From contig JBFRWI010000044.1 in assembly GCA_051439505.1 (NCBI GenBank), positions 1-40,177 of the forward strand: a stretch of DNA of 40,177 bases, written 5' to 3'. The DNA is from Hormoscilla sp. (GTDB taxonomy: Bacteria; Cyanobacteriota; Cyanobacteriia; Cyanobacteriales; Desertifilaceae). Both the position numbers and the translations under genes were made by a program. A model generated the notes under the pieces. It had not been told where the DNA came from and did no database searches. It saw nothing but the letters and a program-made list of their open reading frames with translations. Each line of letters begins with the position of its first letter. The first letter of the stretch is position 1. Positions 17,623 through 27,201 of this stretch are shown here, one piece after another.

Positions 17623-19278
17623 ATGCAGGATAAATCAATAAAGCTATTATTAGTCGAGGACAACGCCGCCGAAGCTAGACTACTGCAAGAGTACTTAAAG
17701 GGAGTCAAGTATAAGCAGTTTAGTCTGGTGCATGTCAAGCGCTTGGCCGCAGCACGCGATCGCGCAATATCCGAAAGCTTTGATATCATCTTATTAGATC
17801 TGACATTACCAGACAGCGAAGGGTTGGAGACCTTAGAAGCGATGAATGCTATTGCCCCTAGCTTACCCATTGTCGTGCTCACCCACACCGAAGACGACGA
17901 ACTGGCGGTTTCCTTGGTGCGGCGGGGGGCCCAAGATTATCTAGTGAAGCGACATCTCAACCGGGAATTGCTAGTTCGTGCTGTCAGCTATGCGATCGAG
18001 CGCCAGCAGGCAGCAGAAGCATTACGCAAAGCCAACGATGAATTAGAGATCAGGGTAGCAGAACGAACGGCCCAGTTAGCAAAAAGCAATGAGGAACTGA
18101 AAGCAGCCAACAAAGCCAAAAGCGAATTCCTCACCAACATGTCTCACGAACTCCGCACCCCTCTCAACAGCATTTTAGGCTTTACTCAAGTGCTGCAACG
18201 GGCCGACAACTTAATAACCGAGCAGAAAGAAAGCATCGACATCATCTACCAGTCGGGAAATCACCTACTGACCATGATTAACGACATCCTCGACCTCTCG
18301 AAAATCGAAGCCGGTAAAATGCAGCTTACTCCGAAAGATTTGCATTTGCCTGAATTTTTGGAAATGGTAGTAGAAATCTTGCAGATCAAAGCCGAAGAAA
18401 AGGGGATTTTATTAAGATATAAACCAACCTCTGAACTCCCGGCAGTCATCCGTGCAGATGAAAAACGCTTGCGACAAGTGTTAATTAACTTGCTGGGCAA
18501 TGCCGTTAAATTTACTGAAAAGGGCGGCGTGACCTTTAAGGTAGAGATGAAGCAGGTCAAAGAGTCATCGCCATACCCAGAAGCCTCCATTAGATTTGAG
18601 ATCGCCGACACTGGCATTGGCATAGCGGCAGCTCAATTGGAAAAGATATTTTTACCCTTTGAGCAGGTAGGGAACGCTCAACACAAAGCCGAGGGAACTG
18701 GGTTAGGATTAGCAATTAGTCAAAAAATTGTCCAAATGATGGGCAGTAGCTTAAAGGTGAAGAGTCAGCTTGGGGAGGGAAGCATTTTTTGGATGGATTT
18801 GGATTTGCCAGTAGTCGCCGGCTTACCCCAGTCTCATCCATCCCTTGCCAACTCCGATTTATCGGGAACCGTGCAAAAAATAGAACTGGATGAATCCTTT
18901 GGTCAAAAGTACCCCTTGCGCATTCTGCTAGTGGACGATGCTCGCATTAACCAGAGGGTAGCGCTGATGATGTTTGAGAAGTTGGGGTATAAGGCCGAAC
19001 TTGCCAAAAACGGCAAAGAAGCCCTAGAAATGATGCGCCGCCAGTCTTATGACGTGGTGTTTATGGACATACAAATGCCGGAAATGGACGGACTGGAAGC
19101 TACTCGTCACATTTGTCAGCACTGGCCAGAGTCGGAACGGCCTCACATTATTGCCATGACCGCCAATGCCATGCCAGAGGACCGAGAGAAATGCTTGGCA
19201 GCGGGGATGAATCACTACATCAGCAAACCAGTTCGACTGGAGACCATTGTCCAAGTCTTGCGTGAATGCAGTCAGTAA
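17623..19278 (+). CDS. Hybrid histidine kinase REC-HisKA-HATPase-REC
   Basis: N-terminal REC (LLDLTLPD), MSHELRTPLN, GTGLGL and C-terminal REC (FMDIQMPEMDG). Confidence 0.93.
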   Translation: MQDKSIKLLLVEDNAAEARLLQEYLKGVKYKQFSLVHVKRLAAARDRAISESFDIILLDLTLPDSEGLETLEAMNAIAPSLPIVVLTHTEDDELAVSLVRRGAQDYLVKRHLNRELLVRAVSYAIERQQAAEALRKANDELEIRVAERTAQLAKSNEELKAANKAKSEFLTNMSHELRTPLNSILGFTQVLQRADNLITEQKESIDIIYQSGNHLLTMINDILDLSKIEAGKMQLTPKDLHLPEFLEMVVEILQIKAEEKGILLRYKPTSELPAVIRADEKRLRQVLINLLGNAVKFTEKGGVTFKVEMKQVKESSPYPEASIRFEIADTGIGIAAAQLEKIFLPFEQVGNAQHKAEGTGLGLAISQKIVQMMGSSLKVKSQLGEGSIFWMDLDLPVVAGLPQSHPSLANSDLSGTVQKIELDESFGQKYPLRILLVDDARINQRVALMMFEKLGYKAELAKNGKEALEMMRRQSYDVVFMDIQMPEMDGLEATRHICQHWPESERPHIIAMTANAMPEDREKCLAAGMNHYISKPVRLETIVQVLRECSQ

Positions 19279-19540
19279 CGTTAGTGCGGCAGGCTGCAAC
19301 CAGAGAGCGGCAGTAAGAGTGATCCGGCGGTGACCACACCCCGGTTGTGTGACAATAGAGGGAAAAAAAATTTTCAAGTTGCAATTTGCAATTTGCAACC
19401 ATTGGCTGGTATCATCCCCTCAATCTGCAACGCCGGTTAAAGTAAAGTTTTGTATAGTAATTTAATTTTTTCGATCCCGGATAGGTTAGGATAAGCCATA
19501 AGACCAAAAAGCAGTTTAATATAACAATATTTTTAGACTT

Positions 19541-21763
19541 ATGGAGGAAGACTCTGTAAAAATTTTGTTGATCGAGGACAGCCTCGCAGAAGCGAGATTG
19601 CTGCAAGAGTATCTCAGGGCCGCTAAGTACAAGCAGTTTACGGTGGTGCATGTCAAGCGCTTGCAGGCAGGGCTGGACCTGCTGGCCACAGAGGAAGTCT
19701 TTGATATTATCTTGTTGGATCTGACACTGCCAGATTCGATGGGGCTAGCATCCCTGTCACCCCTGAGTAAGCAAGCTCCTAGTTTACCAATTGTGGTGCT
19801 AACTAATAAAGATGATGATGAACTGGCGACCCAGGCAGTTCGGGGCGGGGCCCAAGATTATCTGGTGAAGCGACAGGTGAATACGGAACTGCTAGTGCGA
19901 TCGCTCCATTATGCGATCGGGCGCAAGCAGGCTTCCGAGGAGTTGCGCCAAGCGAAGGAGGAGTTGGAGGTACGGGTTGCGGAACGAACTGCGGAACTGG
20001 CAGCAACCAACGAGCAACTCCTCCAAGAAATTCGCGATCGCCAGCAGATAGAACAAGCGCTGCTGCAAGAGAAAGAACTGGCCCAAGTTACGTTGCACTC
20101 GATTGGCGATGCGGTGATCGCCACGGATGCCCAGGGGCGGATTGAGTCGATCAATCCAGTGGCGGAAAACCTGACGGGCTGGAAAGCGGTAACGGCTAAA
20201 GGTCGCCCCCTACAAGAGGTATTTCAGATCTGCAAAAGTATAGGAAAGTCCGCCGAAAATCCCCTCGCCAATCATGGCCAGCGCGAACCCCAGACCCTAT
20301 TAAAGAGCCGCGACGGCAAAGAATTTGTGATCTCCCATTCAGCAGCCCCAATTTATCTGACCAATGGTCAGATGCGGGGTACGGTCCTGGTGGCCCGGGA
20401 TATGACTCACGCTTATGAACTCGCCCGGGAATTGTCTTGGCAGGCCAGTCACGACCCCCTGACGGGTTTGGCAAACCGACGCGAATTCGAGCGCTGTTTG
20501 CAAGAAGCTGTCACAGATGCTAAACGATCTGGCAAATATCATGCCCTCTGCTATTTGGATTTGGATCAATTCAAGATTGTTAACGATACCTGCGGTCATG
20601 CTGCTGGCGATCGGCTGTTGCGCCATGTGACCGCCCTGTTGCAAAACCGGGTGCGCAAAACGGACATCCTGGCCCGTCTGGGGGGTGATGAATTTGGCCT
20701 GCTGCTGTACCAATGCTCCCTGGAAGAGGGACGAGCAGTGGCAACCCAGCTGCTGGATAGCATTGCAGCTTTTCGGTTTGTGTGGGAAGAGAAAACTTTT
20801 ACTATTGGGGTCAGCATTGGTGTCGTAGCGATTGATGCCAAGGTGGCAAGCGGTGCTGTGGTATTAAGTGCGGCGGATACGGCGATGTATGCGGCTAAGG
20901 ATGGCGGTCGCAACCGGGTACATGTCTACCAAACGGACGATCGGGATTTGGCACAGCGGTGCGGAGACATGGAATGGGTGTCGCAGATCGTTAGTGCTCT
21001 GGAGGAAAATCGGTTCTGCTTGTATTCTCAAGTAATTGCTCCAATCCAGGCAGATACTGGCTATCATCATGAGCTGTTGCTGAGGATGTACGATACCGAC
21101 GGTCAGCTAGTGCCGCCGATGGCGTTTATCCCGGCGGCAGAACGGTATAATCTCATGCCTGCGATCGACCGGTGGGTAGTGCGGACTCTGTTTACTCATT
21201 TGTCCTTAACCAAGAGCAAAGGAAAACATCTCTATGCTGTCAACCTTTCGGGAGTGAGTCTGAACGACGACCAGTTTTTGGGTTTTCTGACGGAGCAGTT
21301 TGCACTCCATCCGATCGATCCCCAGCAGATCTGCTTTGAGATTACGGAAACCTCGGCCATTACTAACCTGAACAAAGCTGCTCATTTAATGAGTACATTA
21401 AAGGAACTCGGTTGTTGCTTTGCCTTGGATGATTTCGGCAGTGGCATGTCCTCTCTAGCTTATCTGAAAAATCTGTCGGTGGATTACCTGAAGATCGATC
21501 GGCACTTTGTCAAGAACATTGTCGAAGATCCGATTAATGCTGCCATGATCGAAGCAATTAATCGGATCGGGCATATAATGGGTTTGCAAACTATTGCTGA
21601 GGGAGTGGAAAATGAAGCTACTCTGGAAAAACTCAGATCCCTGGGAGTTGATTATGCCCAGGGTTACTCAATTGCTAAACCCCTTCCCTTACCTTGTAAG
21701 TTAAATAATATGGTGCCTGGCTATCCCCTCGCTTGTCCTATCCCCTTAAAGGTAGCGGTCTAA
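19541..21763 (+). CDS. REC-PAS-GGDEF-EAL diguanylate cyclase/phosphodiesterase
   Basis: HDPLTGLANR, DLDQFKIVND, ARLGGDEF, ELLLR, EITE, DDFGSG and AEGVE motifs. Confidence 0.95.
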   Translation: MEEDSVKILLIEDSLAEARLLQEYLRAAKYKQFTVVHVKRLQAGLDLLATEEVFDIILLDLTLPDSMGLASLSPLSKQAPSLPIVVLTNKDDDELATQAVRGGAQDYLVKRQVNTELLVRSLHYAIGRKQASEELRQAKEELEVRVAERTAELAATNEQLLQEIRDRQQIEQALLQEKELAQVTLHSIGDAVIATDAQGRIESINPVAENLTGWKAVTAKGRPLQEVFQICKSIGKSAENPLANHGQREPQTLLKSRDGKEFVISHSAAPIYLTNGQMRGTVLVARDMTHAYELARELSWQASHDPLTGLANRREFERCLQEAVTDAKRSGKYHALCYLDLDQFKIVNDTCGHAAGDRLLRHVTALLQNRVRKTDILARLGGDEFGLLLYQCSLEEGRAVATQLLDSIAAFRFVWEEKTFTIGVSIGVVAIDAKVASGAVVLSAADTAMYAAKDGGRNRVHVYQTDDRDLAQRCGDMEWVSQIVSALEENRFCLYSQVIAPIQADTGYHHELLLRMYDTDGQLVPPMAFIPAAERYNLMPAIDRWVVRTLFTHLSLTKSKGKHLYAVNLSGVSLNDDQFLGFLTEQFALHPIDPQQICFEITETSAITNLNKAAHLMSTLKELGCCFALDDFGSGMSSLAYLKNLSVDYLKIDRHFVKNIVEDPINAAMIEAINRIGHIMGLQTIAEGVENEATLEKLRSLGVDYAQGYSIAKPLPLPCKLNNMVPGYPLACPIPLKVAV

Positions 21764-23341
21764 TTTGAGGGGTTGACGGGGGGCAAGTTTTTTCACTTCC
21801 TCTGTCAAGTCTAGCCAAGGTTGTAATTGTCCCAGTTGAAAGGTGCGACTCATGACTACATATATGGATGTCTGGTCGCCACCGATCCCTGCTGCCTCCA
21901 CGGCCTGCCACGATCGGGTCTGCAATTCATCTGTTACTTGCCACTGGTGATTTTGCCATCGCAGCCTGCGGGTGAAATAGAAGGGTGCATCTTGTTTGCC
22001 TGTAATTAGCATTTTTTGCAGGAGTTTGCGAATTAGGTTAGGAAAAAACCGTCCGAATGTTAACATCACTACCCGCAAAATTAATAAGTTGACTGGGGTC
22101 ATCTGCTTTTGCTTGGCCCACCCCAGTTGACCGCTAATGGTAATTTCGTCGGCATTTACTTGCACCTCGTAGTTATCGATCAAATGACCGACGGCATTTT
22201 TGAGTTTACCTCCCGATCGCACTTGCAGGGAGAACTGGGTATCTGATGCCACCAGTTTATGGTCGCGAAACAGCTTGAACGCCCCGCCTTTATTCAGGGC
22301 CATATAGAGTTCGACATTTTCACGCCTGTCAATCAATATTTGGGCTGATTTGATCCATATTCTGCCGGACTTGTGGGGGACTGCTAGAGGGGTGCGATCG
22401 ACAAAATCTCGCCAGGTGAGGAGATAATTCCAGGTATGATGTCCGATGATATGGTCGTCAGCATAGCAGGGTGCCAAACCTCCTGCAAGTCCCTGTAGGA
22501 AACAGTCATTAATGCGTAAGGCCCCTGGCAGCCATTGCCCGATCAATTCAAAGCCGTGGGGGAAGAAATTATAGGTATTGCGACTGGTATATTCGCCGCC
22601 GTAGGAACCGTCGGGATGCAGGAAATGGCCTGCTAGTTCGACTGCTTTCTTGAGGGCGGTTTTGAGTCTAATATTATCTGGTTGGAGTTGGTAAATTCTG
22701 GCTAAACATGATATCGTCAGTGTATGATAGCCTGGGTCGCAGCCTTCGTATTCAATAAACCAACCCTCCTCATGTTGCCAATCTAACACTTGTTCTAAGC
22801 GTTGGGTTTTTGCTCTGTCCCAGCGGGGAGTGCATAACATCTGACTGAGTAACTCCAGACAGAGGACTATGAGGGCTTGGTGATTGGTCAGGCGTCCGCT
22901 TTCCTGGTGATGGGCCAGCCAAGATGCCCGCAGCTCAAAAAACCTCAGAATTTCGGGGTTGTCTAATCCTAATAGTGAGTAGCTTTCAATACATGCTAGC
23001 AGGGAAAATGCTGCTGCACCCCCCGCCCGTTCAAAGGGAAAATAATCGTCGCAGGAACCGTCTTTATGGGCGGTTTTGGCGGCAAAGAGAATTCCTGCTT
23101 CGACCCAATCTCGGATGGCGGCTTGCTGGTAAAATGGATTGCTGCTGATGTTGGTGTAGTACGCCAGGGCTAGGGGATACAGGAACTCTTGGGCCATGCC
23201 GCTGGGAAAGTCGATAATCTTGTATTGCCAAAAGTTGCGATCGCAGCATCCGTAGGTCGGACTGTGGGGGTTGCGATCGCACAATGTCAGGATTTTGGGA
23301 ATTTGCGCTAGGGCCTCTTTGGCAAATAGGTCTCTGTTCAT
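21746..23341 (-). CDS. Conserved hypothetical protein (possible alpha/alpha-toroid carbohydrate-active fold)
   Basis: Long ORF. True start is likely MNRDLF at 23341 because the upstream 23 codons derive from repeats. The 3' end overlaps the convergent GGDEF-EAL gene by 18 nt. Fold is inferred only. Confidence 0.75.
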   Translation of the reverse strand: MNRDLFAKEALAQIPKILTLCDRNPHSPTYGCCDRNFWQYKIIDFPSGMAQEFLYPLALAYYTNISSNPFYQQAAIRDWVEAGILFAAKTAHKDGSCDDYFPFERAGGAAAFSLLACIESYSLLGLDNPEILRFFELRASWLAHHQESGRLTNHQALIVLCLELLSQMLCTPRWDRAKTQRLEQVLDWQHEEGWFIEYEGCDPGYHTLTISCLARIYQLQPDNIRLKTALKKAVELAGHFLHPDGSYGGEYTSRNTYNFFPHGFELIGQWLPGALRINDCFLQGLAGGLAPCYADDHIIGHHTWNYLLTWRDFVDRTPLAVPHKSGRIWIKSAQILIDRRENVELYMALNKGGAFKLFRDHKLVASDTQFSLQVRSGGKLKNAVGHLIDNYEVQVNADEITISGQLGWAKQKQMTPVNLLILRVVMLTFGRFFPNLIRKLLQKMLITGKQDAPFYFTRRLRWQNHQWQVTDELQTRSWQAVEAAGIGGDQTSIYVVMSRTFQLGQLQPWLDLTEEVKKLAPRQPLKLDRYL

Positions 23342-23343
23342 GT

Positions 23344-23381
23344 TGTCAATTGTTAATTGCGAATTGTTAATTGTCAATTGT
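23344..23381. repeat. STRR heptamer array (AATTGTY-type)
   Basis: TTGTCAA TTGTTAA TTGCGAA TTGTTAA TTGTCAA. Confidence 0.8.
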
Positions 23382-23399
23382 TGATGGCGAATTGTTCGC

Positions 23400-23512
23400 T
23401 TCGTTGTCATCCCGCCGGGGGTTCAAACCCCCGGCTAATAGCTAAAGTCGGTTTAAACCGACTAATAGCATAATGTTAAACTAATTGAGCATTTTTTGAG
23501 AAAATGGTATAA
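23400..23512. mobile_element. Family B MITE-like element (opposite orientation to the 10684 copy)
   Basis: Reverse complement aligns with 10684-10797, including both hairpins. Confidence 0.8.
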
Positions 23513-23594
23513 CCTGTAGGAGTTTATATCATATTTGTACCATATTCTGTGTCTACCGAACCCAACGGACTCCCCCTGCCCGCATCGGACGCCC

Positions 23595-23645
23595 GCACCC
23601 TCAAGGGTGCGGCTAAAGGAACACAGACCCCGCCTGCGCGGGCTA
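23595..23645. repeat. Double-hairpin repeat GCACCCTCAAGGGTGC...CCCGCCTGCGCGGG
   Basis: Homologous to the interior of the MITE at 32577-32699. Confidence 0.75.
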
Positions 23646-23664
23646 TGACAATTTACAATTTACT

Positions 23665-25398
23665 ATGAACGATCGACAATTTACAAGAGACAAAACTAGC
23701 TTCCGTACAGTTTTAGTTATAGCGGGCATATTTTTCTGCTTCGTGCTGGGGTTTTCTCTCCATCGTCATTATAGCTTCTTTACCAGTTACGATCAAGGGA
23801 TTTTTAACCAGGTTTTCTGGAATAATCTCCACGGACGCTGGTTTGAAAGTTCTCTCTCTTCCGCCCTTTCTACTAATGTCGTTCACGATAACTCATTTCC
23901 CGAAGTGGGTTATCGCCGCTTGGGACAGCATTTTACTCCCGCTTTGCTGCTGTGGCTGCCTATCTATGCCCTGTTTCCTTCCCCCGCTACTCTCTTGGCG
24001 ATCCAGGTGACGCTGATTGCGGCTGCTGGCGTGCTACTCTATGTTTTGGCCAGAGTTTATCTCTCTCCTCGACTGGCTTTGATGATTACTGCTAGTTATT
24101 ACTGTGGCAATGGGGTAGTCGGACCGGCCTTTTCTAATTTTAACGATTTGTGTCAGATTCCCCTATTTATCTTTGGGTTGCTGCTAGCCCTGGAAAAACG
24201 AGTTTGGTGGCTATTTTGGTTGCTGGCAGTTGGGACCCTGGCGATTCGGGAAGATAGCGGCGTGGTATTGTTTGGAGTGGGAGTCTATATGGTGGGCAGT
24301 CGCAGGTTTCCTGGGGCGGGGTTGGCACTATGCACTCTCAGCTTTGGCTATGTAATGTTGGCGACCAATGTGCTGATGGCAATGTTTTCTGAGGATGTCT
24401 CTCGCCGGTTTATGATCGAACATTTCGGTCAGTATGCCCGGGGCAATGAAGCTTCCACTCTGGATATTCTCTGGGGCATGATCTCTCAACCTCATAAGGT
24501 GATTATAGATCTTTTCTCTCCCTTTGGCAAGACTCTGAATTTCTTGGCCGGACAATGGTTGCCTTTGGCTTTTGTTCCCGCTTTTTCTCCCGCTTCCTGG
24601 GCGATCGGGGGTTTTCCGATGCTGCAACTGATGCTTCAAGATGGCAGTTTTGCCCTGCGCTTGAATTGGCGTTATGCTATTACTGTTGTCCCCGGCATGT
24701 TTTATGGTACCATTTTATGGTGGTCCGCCCATGGGGACAGGGCGGGATCCCCCCCAAACCCCCCCTTGCAAAGGGGGGGGCTTCAAAAGCCCCCCTTCTT
24801 AAGGGGGGTTTGGGGGGATCCGGCGACTAGGAGATCCCATGGGGATAAGTTTACCCCGATGCTGCGTCGCTTCTGGATCGCTTGCTGGGCGATCGCCTTA
24901 ACCTTTACCCTATCATCTAGTCCCCATCAGGTATTTTATTTTCTGATACCTGATTCTCGGGAACCTTTAGCCTATACTACTCTCAGTCAGCGTTGGGAAC
25001 ATGTGGGTCATATCCGCAGTTTGATGCAGAAAATTCCCCCTGATGCTTCCGTTTCGGCAACTACTTTCCTGGTGCCTCATTTGTCCGGACGCCGGGAAGT
25101 TTTACGTTTGCCTGCTTTGCAACTGCGGAATGATTCTGCTGAGGTGGTGTGGGTGGACTATGCGATCGCGGACTTCCAGCATTTCCTGCAATACCTACCT
25201 GCCTTCAAGTTTTTCGGTCCCCAAATGTCAGCTACAATGATAGCAATTGACAATAGTTTAGCTGCCGGTTTGTATGGGATAATGGAAGTAAAAGATGGAG
25301 TGGTGTTGCTAGAAAAAGGCAAGTTATCTCCTAGACAAGCTCTGATAGAGTGGGAGAGTTTGCAGCGAAGAGTGCGTAATGCGATCGCAGCGCCATAG
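23665..25398 (+). CDS. DUF2079 membrane protein with a 36-codon repeat-derived insert
   Basis: YDQGIFNQVFWN, LGQHFTP, IPPDASVSAT and PHLSGR motifs; the insert is bounded by duplicated HGD. Confidence 0.88.
   Translation: MNDRQFTRDKTSFRTVLVIAGIFFCFVLGFSLHRHYSFFTSYDQGIFNQVFWNNLHGRWFESSLSSALSTNVVHDNSFPEVGYRRLGQHFTPALLLWLPIYALFPSPATLLAIQVTLIAAAGVLLYVLARVYLSPRLALMITASYYCGNGVVGPAFSNFNDLCQIPLFIFGLLLALEKRVWWLFWLLAVGTLAIREDSGVVLFGVGVYMVGSRRFPGAGLALCTLSFGYVMLATNVLMAMFSEDVSRRFMIEHFGQYARGNEASTLDILWGMISQPHKVIIDLFSPFGKTLNFLAGQWLPLAFVPAFSPASWAIGGFPMLQLMLQDGSFALRLNWRYAITVVPGMFYGTILWWSAHGDRAGSPPNPPLQRGGLQKPPFLRGVWGDPATRRSHGDKFTPMLRRFWIACWAIALTFTLSSSPHQVFYFLIPDSREPLAYTTLSQRWEHVGHIRSLMQKIPPDASVSATTFLVPHLSGRREVLRLPALQLRNDSAEVVWVDYAIADFQHFLQYLPAFKFFGPQMSATMIAIDNSLAAGLYGIMEVKDGVVLLEKGKLSPRQALIEWESLQRRVRNAIAAP
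24738..24845 (+). mobile_element. TIR-less family C core inserted in frame (108-bp net insert)
   Basis: Core GATCCCCCCCAAACCCCCCC...GGGGGGTTTGGGGGGATC; direct repeat CCCATGGGGA at 24728-24737 and 24836-24845. Confidence 0.85.
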
Positions 25399-25449
25399 CA
25401 ATGACCATTGTTCGTCGGCCTGTAGAGCGATCGCCACAAAAGTTAAATC

Positions 25450-25473
25450 AGCAACCAGCGCTCGCTGGTTGCT
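25450..25473. terminator. Putative hairpin terminator between convergent genes
   Basis: 10-bp perfect stem AGCAACCAGC/GCTGGTTGCT with a 4-nt loop; U-tracts are weak. Confidence 0.45.
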
Positions 25474-25514
25474 TCAGCAGGATCGGAGTGTAGCATATAC
25501 TATAACTGCGGCAC

Positions 25515-26240
25515 TTAGAGAGCGGTATTGACAACAGGCTGTTGGGCCAAATGTTCTAGCTTAACTCGTGCGAGGAGTTTTTCCCATTGGGCCTCTAGGG
25601 TTGAGTCGTCCGGATGCAAGCGGCGCAACTCGGCCAGAGTTTTCAGGGCCTCGTACCAAAGGCCCTCTTGCATATAAATCTCGGCCCGTTGGCGTGAGTC
25701 CGCCTGTTGCAACTGTCTAATCAGGCGATCGCTCACTTCTACTCGTTGCACCCACCCTTCTACAAAAGCACCAAGCTCATCATCGCAAATAAACTGAAAG
25801 TACCACTGGTAATTTTTACCCATCTCCAGGGGTGGGAGTTCGACTGGCAGTTTGAAGCCCACCACACCGGAATCAATATTCTGCTCGATAATAGTGCTGT
25901 AGATCTGCTTGCCCTGTTCGTCCATCAAACCAATCTCTGCGCCCTGGGCCGTATTGGGAGGAATATAAACAAAGAAGGTAGGATATAGGGATATTGTTTT
26001 GCCCAAATTGGTCATCGGGATCAGCGCAGTCATCCGCTGCTCGCCGCCAACGCAAATACTGCGGGTACCACCCCCTTCTCGTCTTCCTGGCATGCCATCG
26101 ACTGCTGGTAGACCAGATTCTGCTAGGGACAGGGTTGGCCAAGCAAGTGTCAAGCAGGTGACAGTAGAGGCTAAACCGACCGCGATCGCGGCAATTTTGC
26201 GACCATTAGGGGTTAAATTCTTGATAAATTGGTAATTCAT
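25515..26240 (-). CDS. DUF928 domain protein, secreted
   Basis: Signal peptide, PGRREGGGTR, PTFFVYIP, YQWYF and GLWYEAL motifs. Confidence 0.92.
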   Translation of the reverse strand: MNYQFIKNLTPNGRKIAAIAVGLASTVTCLTLAWPTLSLAESGLPAVDGMPGRREGGGTRSICVGGEQRMTALIPMTNLGKTISLYPTFFVYIPPNTAQGAEIGLMDEQGKQIYSTIIEQNIDSGVVGFKLPVELPPLEMGKNYQWYFQFICDDELGAFVEGWVQRVEVSDRLIRQLQQADSRQRAEIYMQEGLWYEALKTLAELRRLHPDDSTLEAQWEKLLARVKLEHLAQQPVVNTAL

Positions 26241-26390
26241 AGTAGATGCCTCATATGATCGATTGAGAACCTTGCGGTTTTTGTTTAAGTAAATCTACAT
26301 TGGGCACGGCTGTCATTTCGCAAACTTTAGTTTCGCCCTATTAGATAAAATTGCTGTAAAATAGTCTTTTGTTTGAGGGAACATAAGTTA

Positions 26391-27191
26391 ATGGACGATC
26401 GCCACCTCTTAACTTTGCTGAGTGATTTCGGTTTGAGTGACATCTATGTGGGGGTGATGAAGGGGGTAATTGCCCGGATTAACCCCAGTTTAACAGTAGT
26501 GGATATCACCCACAACATTCCGCCCCAGAACATTCTTGCTGCTAGTTTCTGCCTGAGAGAGGCCCTGCCCTATTTTCCCCCTGGGACCGTTCATGTCGCC
26601 GTTGTCGATCCCGGAGTCGGGAGTCCCAGGAGGGCGATCGCCCTCCATCTGTCGGACTGTTATCTGGTCGGACCCGATAACGGCATATTCAGCGGCATTT
26701 TGGCGGAAAATCCCGTGCTGGCAGCGGTCGAACTGGACAACCCAGAATATTGGCATACACCCACACCCAGCAGCACCTTTCACGGTAGAGATATCTTTGC
26801 GCCAGTAGGGGCCCATCTGGCCAGCAGCGAAGCGTGTCCTCTAGCTGACCTGGGAAACCCGATCGACCCAGAAACTTTAGTCCAGTTACCCCTACCCGCA
26901 TGCATCCATACAGAAACTAGCATCACTGGCTGCATTCAGTATATCGACCACTTTGGCAATTTGATTACCAATATTCCCGGCAGCAGCGTTCGGGGAAAAC
27001 AGTGGTATATTAAATTAGATAACCAGGTGATTAACGGGAGCAATACTTATGCAGACAGCCCGCCACGGTCGGCGATCGCCTTAGTAGGAAGTCATGGTTG
27101 GGTAGAAATTGCTGTCAATGGCGGGAATGCTCAATCTCAACTTCAGATGGACTGGCAAGATAAAATAGAAGTAAATTTTCATGACATTTAA
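26391..27191 (+). CDS. SAM hydroxide adenosyltransferase (DUF62; chlorinase/fluorinase superfamily)
   Basis: LLSDFG, VVDPGVGSPRR, GPDNG, STFHGRDIFAP and YIDHFGNLITN motifs. Confidence 0.92.
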   Translation: MDDRHLLTLLSDFGLSDIYVGVMKGVIARINPSLTVVDITHNIPPQNILAASFCLREALPYFPPGTVHVAVVDPGVGSPRRAIALHLSDCYLVGPDNGIFSGILAENPVLAAVELDNPEYWHTPTPSSTFHGRDIFAPVGAHLASSEACPLADLGNPIDPETLVQLPLPACIHTETSITGCIQYIDHFGNLITNIPGSSVRGKQWYIKLDNQVINGSNTYADSPPRSAIALVGSHGWVEIAVNGGNAQSQLQMDWQDKIEVNFHDI

Positions 27192-27201
27192 CTAGCAAGC
27201 T

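Noticed and set aside
19279..19540. c-di-GMP or other riboswitch upstream of the GGDEF-EAL gene
   Set aside because: No recognisable aptamer consensus by eye; an Rfam scan would be needed.
23342..23410. N-terminal extension MTTKRTIRHQQLTINNSQLTIDN of ORF 21746..23410
   Set aside because: It is a translation of a family B repeat end and a heptamer STRR; the start at 23341 is more plausible.
26391..27191. Fluorinase/chlorinase (halogenase)
   Set aside because: It retains the DUF62 hydrolase-type motifs (DPGVG..RR, TFHGRD) and has no biosynthetic context.
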